A DNA stretch of 56,027 nt, from positions 1-56,027 of the forward strand of contig JBBQXJ010000024.1 in NCBI GenBank assembly GCA_038209745.1, read 5' to 3'. A model generated the notes under the pieces. It saw nothing but the letters and a program-made list of their open reading frames with translations. It did not search any database and had not been told where the DNA came from. The position numbers were made by a program, and so were the translations under genes. Positions 28,624-37,181 of this stretch are shown here, piece by piece. This DNA comes from Verrucomicrobiota bacterium (GTDB lineage: Bacteria > Verrucomicrobiota > Verrucomicrobiia > Limisphaerales > CANJSG01). The stretch's first letter is position 1, and every line of letters starts with the position of its first letter.

Positions 28624-29619
28624 GTGAAACATTCGTCCGCCCCGCGCATGGACCGCCTCACCCGCCCACCGCTTCAGCGGATGATGAAGATCCATGAGGC
28701 GGTCAAGGCTGGGAGCTTTCCCAACCAGTCGAGTCTGGGTCTGGAGCTCGAAGTCTCCACCAAGACCGTCCAGCGCGACCTCGAGTTCATGCGGGACCGG
28801 ATGAGCCTGCCGCTCGAATTCGACCGCCTCCGCAACGGCTATTACTACGAGGGCGAAGTCGGCCCCCTGCCCTCCGTCCAGATCAGCGAAGGCGAACTGC
28901 TCGCCCTGTTGGTCGCGGAAAAATCCCTCCAACAATATCGGGGAACCAGCTTCGAGAAACCCCTCGCCGCCGCCTTCAAGAAGCTCGCCGCCTCCCTGCC
29001 CGAAAACGTCACCATCCATCTGGCCGACTGGGAGCAGACCATCTCCTTCCGCACCAGCGCCGAGTCCACGCTGGACCTGAAGACGTTCGATACCCTCGCC
29101 AAGGCGACTGCCGGTCGGAAGCAGCTCCACCTGACCTACCGCAAGCCCGGGAAGAAGGGCACCGAACCCCGGGTGGTCGACCCTTACCACCTCGCCAACA
29201 TCAACGGCGAATGGTTCCTCTTTGGCCACTGCCACCTCCGGAACGACATCCGTACGTTCGTTCCCGCCCGCATCGAGAACCTCAAGACCACCGGAAAGAC
29301 GTTCCCGCGCCCCGCGAAGTTCTCCCTCGAAAAGAGGCTGCGCGACAGCTTCGGGGTCGTGTCGGGCGCCGGGGAATTCGCCGTGCTCATCCGCTTCACC
29401 GAGCAGGCCGCCGACTACATCCGCGAGAAACGCTGGCACGCGTCGCAGACGATCACCGAGCGCGCCGACGGGAGCCTGGACCTCCGGCTGAAGCTCTCCA
29501 GCCTCGACGAAGTGCAGCGGTGGCTGCTGGGCTGGGGCGGGCATGCGGTCCCGCTGGAACCGAAGGAACTGGTGGAAAGCGTGCGCCGCGCCGCCGAACG
29601 GCTCCTGGCCGTCACTTGA
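28624..29619 (+). CDS. HTH-WYL(-WCX) transcriptional regulator (PafB/PafC/YafY-like)
   Basis: HTH LEVSTKTVQRDLEFMR; WYL region RVVDPYHL...EWFLFGHCHLRNDIRTF...RI; C-terminal WLLGWG...LEP.EL. Confidence 0.95.
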   Translation: MKHSSAPRMDRLTRPPLQRMMKIHEAVKAGSFPNQSSLGLELEVSTKTVQRDLEFMRDRMSLPLEFDRLRNGYYYEGEVGPLPSVQISEGELLALLVAEKSLQQYRGTSFEKPLAAAFKKLAASLPENVTIHLADWEQTISFRTSAESTLDLKTFDTLAKATAGRKQLHLTYRKPGKKGTEPRVVDPYHLANINGEWFLFGHCHLRNDIRTFVPARIENLKTTGKTFPRPAKFSLEKRLRDSFGVVSGAGEFAVLIRFTEQAADYIREKRWHASQTITERADGSLDLRLKLSSLDEVQRWLLGWGGHAVPLEPKELVESVRRAAERLLAVT

Positions 29620-30811
29620 AGGCCGACCGGAGGAACCAGTGCTGCTTGAGCCCCTGCACCATCTGGTCCGCGTCGATCACCAGGTGATAGACACCGCTCA
29701 GCAGATTCGTGTTGGCATGCACCTGGACGGCGAGGTTCGAGGTGATCTGCGACAGGCTTTCGAGCGATTGGTTCAGAGTCAGGAGATTGGTGTTGGCCGT
29801 GCCCATGACCGTGTGGACACCGCCGAAGGTCTGGTCGATCTGCGCGTTCAGGTTGCTCGTGAGGATCCACTCGCCGAGGGATCCCTGGCCGTTCGTCAGG
29901 TTCCCGGTGATCTGGGCCACGTTGGCCGCGAGGCGGGGCAATTCTTCGGCCGCTTTGGTCAGGTTCAAGGCGGCGGGCCGGACGTCGCCCAGCAGGCCGT
30001 CCAGTTTGGCCGTGGCGCTGGCGGCGTTGTTGAGGATGGTGGTGAGCTGGTTGGTCAACGCGAGGAAGCTCGGCAGCGCCTTCTCGATCGTGTCCGCGAT
30101 CTCCTCGACCCGCTCTCCTACCGGCCGCGCTTCGACAGGATCAAGCCAGAGGATGCTCCCCTCTTCCCACGCGACGTAGAGGTTGGTCTTGGCCGCGTCG
30201 CTTTTGGCCGTCTCCTGGAGGTCGAAGCGGGCCTGCTGTTTGAGCACTTCGCTCCGGTCGGGACTGATCGGAGCGCCTCCGGTCTTGACGATTTCGGCCG
30301 CCATGACCGCGTTCGTCGCGTGGGACCAGGCCGCCGCGAAGGCCGACTTGGACAGAGTCCGGTAATTGGCGCGGTTGTCGCCGATGACCGTCGGGACCGC
30401 CCAGGATTCCACCCCTTTGGAGATTTCGAACGCTCGGTCTCCCAGAATCCCGGACACCACCTTCACCTTCGAATCCGTCCAGACGTAGCCGAAGTTCGGT
30501 TGCATCACTTCGAAGTCCACCGTCACGCCGTAGAAGTCCCACGGATTGTTGGGGGTAATCTTGGTGATCTTGCCCGCGTTGAAGCCCATCAGCTTCACCG
30601 GCGACCCTACGGTCAAGCCGGCGGCGTTGTTCACACCCGTCTGGTAGTGGACCTTCGCCAGGAACCAGCCCTTCCGCTGCGCCGTGTGGTAGACGTAATA
30701 GGCAAAGCCCGCGAACAGCAGCAGCGAGGCGACCGTCACAAAGACACCCACCAGCCGTTCCACCCGGTTCAACCGAGTGCGCAACTGGGGTGTCAGATCC
30801 TGCAAGGCCAT
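29612..30811 (-). CDS. MlaD/MCE family protein
   Basis: N-terminal TM (VGVFVTVASLLL), AAGLTVGSPVKLMGFNAGKIT MCE motif, helical C-terminus ending HWFLRSAFK. Confidence 0.88.
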   Translation of the reverse strand: MALQDLTPQLRTRLNRVERLVGVFVTVASLLLFAGFAYYVYHTAQRKGWFLAKVHYQTGVNNAAGLTVGSPVKLMGFNAGKITKITPNNPWDFYGVTVDFEVMQPNFGYVWTDSKVKVVSGILGDRAFEISKGVESWAVPTVIGDNRANYRTLSKSAFAAAWSHATNAVMAAEIVKTGGAPISPDRSEVLKQQARFDLQETAKSDAAKTNLYVAWEEGSILWLDPVEARPVGERVEEIADTIEKALPSFLALTNQLTTILNNAASATAKLDGLLGDVRPAALNLTKAAEELPRLAANVAQITGNLTNGQGSLGEWILTSNLNAQIDQTFGGVHTVMGTANTNLLTLNQSLESLSQITSNLAVQVHANTNLLSGVYHLVIDADQMVQGLKQHWFLRSAFK

Positions 30812-30812
30812 A

Positions 30813-31607
30813 TCAGCTTCGTTGTTTCTGCCGGCTCCAGTCCGGCGCGGCCAGCGCCGAATGCTCCTTCGCCTCTTCCGTTCCGCCCAGCGGCACCCAG
30901 CGCCGTTCCTCGATCACTGCGAACCGTCCCTCCACGCTCCGCCACGGGTGCAGGGAATCCGTCCCCAGAACCACGGTCATCGGCGCCATGCCGTTGAAGC
31001 CACGGTTCAGCGCTTGCAGCCTTTCCAGCCACCATCCGTGCCGATCCGCGTTCGCCACCGCGAGCGGCCGGTCCAGAAAGAGCACCTCCGGCTCCAGCAC
31101 CAAGGCCCGGGCCAGCGCGACCCGCTGGCGGGCCGAGAGCGACAACGCCACGGCCGGGCTGGTCAATTGGGGTTCCAGATCAAGGGCGCGGGCCAATTCC
31201 AGGACCCGGTCCTCGATCTCGTCCAGAAACATGAACCGATGATAACGGAGCGGCAGGGCGATGTTTTCCATCACCGTCAAGTTTCGGAGCAATCGGCCGC
31301 CCGCCGAAAACACCAGTCCGGCCCGTTTGCGCAGCGCGACCATCCCCTCCTCGGAAAGGGCCGCAGGGTCGTCACCAAAGAGCCGGATCGAACCGGCGGC
31401 GGGCTTTTCCAGTCCGGCGAGGGTTTGGATCACCCCGCTAGGGCTCGCGGTCGACAAACCGCCCACCACCCAGAACTGCCCGGCTTCGATCCGACACTCA
31501 TGAATAAAGACCTCGGGGCGCTCGAAGTAGGCGGGCGCATCGGGTGCGTGGATCTCCACGTCGGCGGCTTCCAGGACGGGGGCGGCGTTGTTCATGGGGG
31601 TCATCAC
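30813..31607 (-). CDS. MlaF-like ABC ATP-binding protein with degenerate catalytic motifs
   Basis: LAGLEKPAAGSIRLFG, NLTVMENIALPL and RQRVALARALVLEPEVLFLD.P are recognisable; Walker A, signature and Walker B are altered. Confidence 0.85.
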   Translation of the reverse strand: MMTPMNNAAPVLEAADVEIHAPDAPAYFERPEVFIHECRIEAGQFWVVGGLSTASPSGVIQTLAGLEKPAAGSIRLFGDDPAALSEEGMVALRKRAGLVFSAGGRLLRNLTVMENIALPLRYHRFMFLDEIEDRVLELARALDLEPQLTSPAVALSLSARQRVALARALVLEPEVLFLDRPLAVANADRHGWWLERLQALNRGFNGMAPMTVVLGTDSLHPWRSVEGRFAVIEERRWVPLGGTEEAKEHSALAAPDWSRQKQRS

Positions 31608-33343
31608 GGGTCGCCGCTCCGGTCGACCGGCAACTGGATCGTGATCGTGGTTCCACGGCCGAGCTCGGACTTGATCTTCACCTTGCCACGGTGCGCCTCC
31701 ACGACCCGGCCGACGATCGCCAACCCGATGCCGGTGCCTCGCACCTTCGTGGTCTGCAACAGGGAGGTGAAGGCGCGCTTCTGCTGCTCCTCGCTCATTC
31801 CCTCGCCCGTGTCCTCGAACTCCACGACCACATGTCGCTGGCCGGACACGCGCGCCTTGGACAGGCGGGAGCTGATCCGGAGGCTCCCGCCGTTGGGCAT
31901 GGCTTCCACGGCGTTCAGCGTGAGGTTCAGAAAAGCCTGTTCCAACTGGGTCGCGTCGCCCTGCACCTCCGGCAAATCAGGTTCCAAATCGCGGGTCACC
32001 TTCACGCCCTGGTTGCGCAGCTTGTGCCGGGTGAGCAGGCCGAGATCGTCGATCAAGCCGTTCAGGTCCACCGGACCCATCCGGGGCTCGGAACTGCGGG
32101 CGAAGTCGAGGATCTGCTCCACGATGCGGTTCAGCAGATCCATCTTCTGCCCCATGATCTCGACGTCCTTGTTTCGCGGATCCCGCTCCGGAAACTTCAG
32201 GTCGAGGGAGTGGAAAAGCATTTTCATCACCGTGAGCGGATTCCGGATCTCGTGGGCCACCTCCGCGGCCAACAAGCCCAGCGCGGACAGCTTTTCGTTC
32301 TGCCGCAGCTGCTCCTCCACATCGACGATGCGCTCGTAGAGCCGGGCCTTCTCGATGGCCACGGCGGAGAGCTCGGCCATGGCGCAGAGGATGCGGATCT
32401 CCTCGTTGGAAAAGCTGTGCGGGGCTGCGGTGTAGACGTTGAGCGTGCCGATCGCGTCGCCGCCGAAAACCAGCGGCACGCTCAACAGCGAGACCAGCCC
32501 CTCGGCGCGGGCCACGCCGATGTTCTGATAGTGGCCGGCCACCTGGACGTTCTCGACCTGGAGCGGCTTTTTCCTGCGGACGACGATGCCGAGCATGCTT
32601 TCCGCCACGATCAGCCGCGGCTTGTTCAAATAGGCGTCCCCCGCCCCATGATGGGCGCGCAGATCCAGAAAATCGCCCGACTCGTCGAGCATCAGCAGCG
32701 AACACATCTTGGCGTCCACCAGCAGGCACGCCTCGCGCGTCACGACCTGGAGCGCCTCATCGAGGCTCAGGGTCGAATTGATCGTCCGGCTCACGCTGAC
32801 CAACGTCTCGAAGAGGCGCGCCTTCAGCCGGATCTGCTCATACATCCACGTGTTCGCGATGACCCGTGCCGCCTGGAGCGCGACCGCCTCCAACAGCTCC
32901 TGGTCCGCCGCGCTGAACGCGTCCTCACGGTCCGAATCCACGTTCAACACGCCGCGCACATCGCCGCCGACCTCGAAGGGAACGGCCAGCTCGGAACGGA
33001 CTTCGCCCCGCAACGGGATGTAGCGGCGGTCGCCCCGCACATCGCCCACGCGAACCGGTCGACCCGAGCGCGCCACCCAGCCCGTGACACCCTCGCCGAC
33101 GCGCAGCCGCAGATCGGACACCTGTTCCGGCAGTCCGATGGACGCCTGGATCTCGAGGAAGCCGTTCGTGGGATTGACCAGCACGACGGAGCCGCTGCTC
33201 GCGCGCATCAGGCGAACGGCTTCCCCCAGGATCAGCGTCAGCGCCTGCTGGGGATCGAGCGTCGAATGGATGACGTTGCCGACCTGATACAGGACGTTCA
33301 GGCGCTCGTATTTGTCGCGCAGTTCTTGCAGCTCGTCGCTCAC
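31604..33343 (-). CDS. Double-GAF sensor histidine kinase
   Basis: Two GAF domains (GEGVTGWVA...SELAVP; SLLSVPL...IGTLNVY), H-box AAEVAHEIRNPL, NLTLNAVEAM and GTGIGL. GTG start at 33343. Confidence 0.95.
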   Translation of the reverse strand: MSDELQELRDKYERLNVLYQVGNVIHSTLDPQQALTLILGEAVRLMRASSGSVVLVNPTNGFLEIQASIGLPEQVSDLRLRVGEGVTGWVARSGRPVRVGDVRGDRRYIPLRGEVRSELAVPFEVGGDVRGVLNVDSDREDAFSAADQELLEAVALQAARVIANTWMYEQIRLKARLFETLVSVSRTINSTLSLDEALQVVTREACLLVDAKMCSLLMLDESGDFLDLRAHHGAGDAYLNKPRLIVAESMLGIVVRRKKPLQVENVQVAGHYQNIGVARAEGLVSLLSVPLVFGGDAIGTLNVYTAAPHSFSNEEIRILCAMAELSAVAIEKARLYERIVDVEEQLRQNEKLSALGLLAAEVAHEIRNPLTVMKMLFHSLDLKFPERDPRNKDVEIMGQKMDLLNRIVEQILDFARSSEPRMGPVDLNGLIDDLGLLTRHKLRNQGVKVTRDLEPDLPEVQGDATQLEQAFLNLTLNAVEAMPNGGSLRISSRLSKARVSGQRHVVVEFEDTGEGMSEEQQKRAFTSLLQTTKVRGTGIGLAIVGRVVEAHRGKVKIKSELGRGTTITIQLPVDRSGDP

Positions 33344-33450
33344 GCACCGCAACAGTGGGACGGCGACCACGAACTGCAAGCGCCGGATGGTTTGATCGCC
33401 GCCCCGATGACAGCCCCTGGTTCTGGCGGGGTCCCCGAAGACCTTCGCAT

Positions 33451-33480
33451 TTGCGCGACCGCACGGTCCGCCCTTAGCGT
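33451..33480 (+). promoter_or_regulatory. Sigma70-type promoter, probably leaderless
   Basis: TTGCGC (33451), 18-bp spacer, TAGCGT (33475-33480), 6 nt, ATG at 33487; no Shine-Dalgarno. Confidence 0.5.
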
Positions 33481-33486
33481 CGACCC

Positions 33487-34284
33487 ATGTCGACTCGTCT
33501 TTCCGGCCAGTGGATCCTGATCACCGGTGCCTCCTCAGGGATCGGCGCCGCCGCCGCCCGAGCGTTTGCCGCCGAGGGTTGCCGGCTTCTGCTGGGCGCA
33601 CGGCGCAAGGACCGCATCGAAGCCCTTGCGACGGAGTGCCGGGCCCTCGGCGCGGTCGAAGCCCACGCCCATGTGCTCGACGTCGCGACCACCGACAGCG
33701 TCAAAACCTTTGTCGCCTGGGCAGGCCGCTTGGCGGCGACCTCCGCCGCTGCGAGCCATGGCGAGATCCGGATCCTGATCAACAACGCCGGGGGCGCCGT
33801 CGGCATCGACCCGGTGGCCACGGCTCTCGATGCGGACTGGGAAGCCATGGTGCAGTCGAACTTCCTCGGCTTGCTCCGGATGACCCGCGAAACGCTCCCC
33901 CTCCTCCAGCGGCCCGGCGGCTACATCATCAACATCGGCTCCATAGCCGGCCGCGTCGCCTACGGTGGCGGCGCCGCGTACTGCGCCGTGAAGGCCGGCA
34001 CCCTCCAGATCACGAAGGCGCTCCGGCACGAACTCATGGGCACCGGCATTCGCGTCGGCTCCCTGGATCCGGGATTGGTCGAGACCGAGTTCGCCCTCGT
34101 CCGCTTCAAAGGCGACGCCGATCTCGCCAAAACCGTCTATGCGGGCATGCAACCGCTGGTCGCCGAAGACCTGGCCGAGACCCTCGTCTTCATGGCCAGC
34201 CGTCCCGACCACGTCTGCATCGACGAGGTCCTCATCCTCCCGACCGACCAGGTCACCGTCGGCAAGGTCCATCGTCGCCCCTGA
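33487..34284 (+). CDS. SDR family oxidoreductase (YdfG-like)
   Basis: TGASSGIG, NNAG, YCAVK catalytic YxxxK and PGLVETEFALVRFKGD. Confidence 0.95.
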   Translation: MSTRLSGQWILITGASSGIGAAAARAFAAEGCRLLLGARRKDRIEALATECRALGAVEAHAHVLDVATTDSVKTFVAWAGRLAATSAAASHGEIRILINNAGGAVGIDPVATALDADWEAMVQSNFLGLLRMTRETLPLLQRPGGYIINIGSIAGRVAYGGGAAYCAVKAGTLQITKALRHELMGTGIRVGSLDPGLVETEFALVRFKGDADLAKTVYAGMQPLVAEDLAETLVFMASRPDHVCIDEVLILPTDQVTVGKVHRRP

Positions 34285-34308
34285 GCATCGTCCCACTCGC
34301 CGCCTCCC

Positions 34309-35334
34309 ATGAAAGTATCCGTCCAGACCCTGAAGCTCCATCCGCGCACCCCGTTCCGCATTTCCCGCGAGGCCCAGCTCGAAGTGCGGAACGTGATCGT
34401 GAAGTTGGAGGCCGACGGGATCTCCGGCTACGGCGAGGCGTCGCCCAACAAGTTCTACTCGGAAACTGCGGAAGACGTTTCCAGCAGGATCATGGCGGCG
34501 GCGGGAATCATCGCGGAACTCCGCATCGATTCCATCGCCGACATCGAGACCGCAGGGCCTCGCCTCTGGTCGACCCTCGCGCCGTCCCGCGCCGCCCTCT
34601 GCGCCGTGGACGTCGCGCTCTGGGATTGGCTGGCCAGGAAGCAGGCGGTCTCAGTCTGTCAACTCGTCCACGGCCATGCCCCCAAGCCCGTCACCACGTC
34701 GCTCACCATCGGGCTGTCCACGCCCGAGGAGCTGGTCTCCAAGGTCTCCGAACTTCGCGACACCCCCGTTATCAAGGTGAAGTCCGACCAAGCCGCCGAT
34801 CTCGCGCCGCTCCGCTACATCGCCTCCCACGCCCGGGGCGTTCTCCGGGTCGACGCGAACTGCGCCTGGGACGGGCTGGACATCGCACCGCTGACGCGCG
34901 AACTGGCCAAGCTCCGCGTCGAGTTCGTCGAGCAACCCCTGCCAGTCGAGCAGGACGACCGGATGCCGGACCTCCTCAGAGCTTCGGTTCTTCCCGTGTT
35001 GGCCGACGAGAGCTGCGTCGTGCCGGAAGACATCGAGCGGATCCCCGGCCGGTTCCACGGCTTCAACATCAAGCTGGTGAAATGCGGAGGCCTCACAGCC
35101 GGGCTCCAGATGATGCGGGAAGGACGGCGGCTCGGCCTCAAGACGATGGTGGGCTGCATGCTGGAGACGAGCGTGCTCATCGCGGCCGGACTCGTCGTCG
35201 CCCAGGGCACGGACTACGCCGACTTGGACGGCAGTTGGCTGCTGGCGGACGATCCTTTCGAGGGGCTGGCGGTCTCGGAAGGGCGGGTCTCAGTCGCCGA
35301 TCGACCAGGCCTCGGCATCGGTGTCGATCTGTGA
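34309..35334 (+). CDS. Dipeptide epimerase (L-Ala-D/L-Glu epimerase, enolase superfamily)
   Basis: GYGEASP, IKVK, RVDAN, EQP, ADES, NIKLVKCGG, MVGCM and DLDG. Confidence 0.93.
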   Translation: MKVSVQTLKLHPRTPFRISREAQLEVRNVIVKLEADGISGYGEASPNKFYSETAEDVSSRIMAAAGIIAELRIDSIADIETAGPRLWSTLAPSRAALCAVDVALWDWLARKQAVSVCQLVHGHAPKPVTTSLTIGLSTPEELVSKVSELRDTPVIKVKSDQAADLAPLRYIASHARGVLRVDANCAWDGLDIAPLTRELAKLRVEFVEQPLPVEQDDRMPDLLRASVLPVLADESCVVPEDIERIPGRFHGFNIKLVKCGGLTAGLQMMREGRRLGLKTMVGCMLETSVLIAAGLVVAQGTDYADLDGSWLLADDPFEGLAVSEGRVSVADRPGLGIGVDL

Positions 35335-35448
35335 GCGGAGAGAGAATTCACCAAATGAACTGGTCAACCTGCGGCCCTTGTCCGTAAACAAACCCGCATT
35401 CCGCCGCCCCTTTCGGGAGACTTTCCCAAGGAATCGGCGACCCGATCC

Positions 35449-36300
35449 ATGGGCCTGGACATCAACTCCATCCATTTTCTCCTCGCTGCCCACCGCCGTG
35501 GAGCCCGTTTCGACCACACGATCATGTTGGGTCGGCAGGGGTTGAACATCTTTCCACAGAAGGTGGCCGAACTGTTCGAGGCGGAAGGACTGCCCTCCGC
35601 GAAGTTCCGTGCCGCAGGCCCCGACTGCGCCTATGCGGAGCCGCTGTTCGAGGCGCTCGGGGCGAAGAACGTCGATACGCTGGACAACTCCGATTTCGAG
35701 GGAGCTCGGTTCATCCATGATCTGAACCTGCCGGTGCCGGATGTGCTGAAGAACCGTTTCGACACGGTCTACGACGGAGGCACGTTGGAGCATGTGTTCA
35801 ATTTCCCGCAGGCGCTGAAGAACTGCATGGAGATGACGCGTGAAGGTGGACGCCTCTACATCCACACGTGTTTGAACAATCTGTGTGGCCACGGCTTCTA
35901 CCAGTTCAGCCCGGAGCTCTTCTATCGCGCCCTCGGTCCGGAGAACGGCTTCGAGGTGGAGCGGATGATCGTCCACCGCGTCGGCCCCTACGGCAGCTGG
36001 TATGAGGTCAAAGATCCCAATCTGATCCGGTCGCGGGTCGAGTTGATCACGTTCACCCCCGTGCATTTGCTCGTGCAGGCCCGGCGCACGGCGATCAAGC
36101 CGGTCTTCGCCGAGACGCCGCAGCAGAGCGATTACAGCGTGATGTGGCAGGGAAAACTGGAACCTCCAAAAGTGAAGAACCCGGCATTTCCCAGGCTCTC
36201 CCGACTGAAGAACGCCTTCAAATACGGCTGGATGTTCTACACGGAGCAGTCGCTGCAGAACCGGAAGCGCTTCCAGAAAACCCGGCGGGACGCCCGCTGA
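35449..36300 (+). CDS. Class I SAM-dependent methyltransferase-like protein
   Basis: LDNSDFEGA..IHDLN.PVP, FDTVYDGGTLEHVFN and HGFYQFSPELF. Confidence 0.7.
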   Translation: MGLDINSIHFLLAAHRRGARFDHTIMLGRQGLNIFPQKVAELFEAEGLPSAKFRAAGPDCAYAEPLFEALGAKNVDTLDNSDFEGARFIHDLNLPVPDVLKNRFDTVYDGGTLEHVFNFPQALKNCMEMTREGGRLYIHTCLNNLCGHGFYQFSPELFYRALGPENGFEVERMIVHRVGPYGSWYEVKDPNLIRSRVELITFTPVHLLVQARRTAIKPVFAETPQQSDYSVMWQGKLEPPKVKNPAFPRLSRLKNAFKYGWMFYTEQSLQNRKRFQKTRRDAR

Positions 36301-36318
36301 GGCGCGGCCCGACGAAGA

Positions 36319-37044
36319 TCAGAGGGCGTAGCCCGCCGCGAGCGCGTCGCCGGCGAACATCTTCACCGTGTCGAGCGAGAGAGCGTCGAGATCCATGCCG
36401 GTCATCTTGATGGCCTTGTTCAGGATGTCGTGCGGGACCGTGACGATGTCACAGCCACAGGCATCGGCCTGGAAGATGTTCAACACCTCGCGGACGCTGG
36501 CCCAGAGCAGTTCGCCCTTGGGCAATCGGGCGTTGACCAGTCGGAGGCACTCCTTCATCGCCACCGCGGGATCACGGCCGGTGTCCGCGACGCGGCCGGC
36601 GAAAACGGAGAGGACGCTCGGCACGTTCGGATCCAGCACCGCCACGAAGCCGGCGACCTGGGGAACAGTCAGGATGGCGGTGATGTTCAGCTGCACGCCC
36701 TCGGCGGACAGCTCCTTGGCCAGAGCCACGCAGGATTCGCCGCGCGTGTTGGTGGCGGGAATCTTGACGAAGACGTTCCGTTGCCAGTTGGCGATCCTCA
36801 TCGCCTGGCGCCGCATTTCTGGAAACTCGTCGGAGAAGACCTCGAAGGAGATGGGCTTGGTGGTGACGGTCTGGAGGACGTCCCGGGCGAAGGCCTCGTA
36901 GTCCGTGATCCCCGCCTTGCGCATGAGGGTCGGATTGGTCGTCATCCCCTTGATCAAGGGATTGGCATTGAGGCCCAGGATGCCGGCCTTGTCCGCGCCG
37001 TCGGCGAACAGCTTGATCCGCAGGTCGGCAAGGTGTGAGTTCAT
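36319..37044 (-). CDS. tal: Transaldolase family protein
   Basis: LFADGAD, GMTTNPTLM, ISFEVF, VKIP (Schiff-base Lys), NITA, SVFAGR and LWASVRE. Confidence 0.92.
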   Translation of the reverse strand: MNSHLADLRIKLFADGADKAGILGLNANPLIKGMTTNPTLMRKAGITDYEAFARDVLQTVTTKPISFEVFSDEFPEMRRQAMRIANWQRNVFVKIPATNTRGESCVALAKELSAEGVQLNITAILTVPQVAGFVAVLDPNVPSVLSVFAGRVADTGRDPAVAMKECLRLVNARLPKGELLWASVREVLNIFQADACGCDIVTVPHDILNKAIKMTGMDLDALSLDTVKMFAGDALAAGYAL

Positions 37045-37101
37045 CGGTGGAAAAATCCTAGCGAGCCGTCCTCCGCCGGGCAACCGGCCGTTTCTGGAAT
37101 G

Positions 37102-37128
37102 AAAAACGCCCCGGCAAAACCGGGGCGT
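37102..37128 (-). terminator. Intrinsic terminator after greA
   Basis: Stem ACGCCCCGG/CCGGGGCGT with A5 on the + strand. Confidence 0.8.
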
Positions 37129-37181
37129 CTTCAAACCGTTCGAAGTTCCACGAGCGGAGCGCTGCGCCTAGGCGTGATGTT

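Noticed and set aside
28624..29619. WYL gene as marker of an anti-phage defence island
   Set aside because: Neighbours are rho and mlaD; no restriction, CBASS, BREX or Cas genes are in the window.
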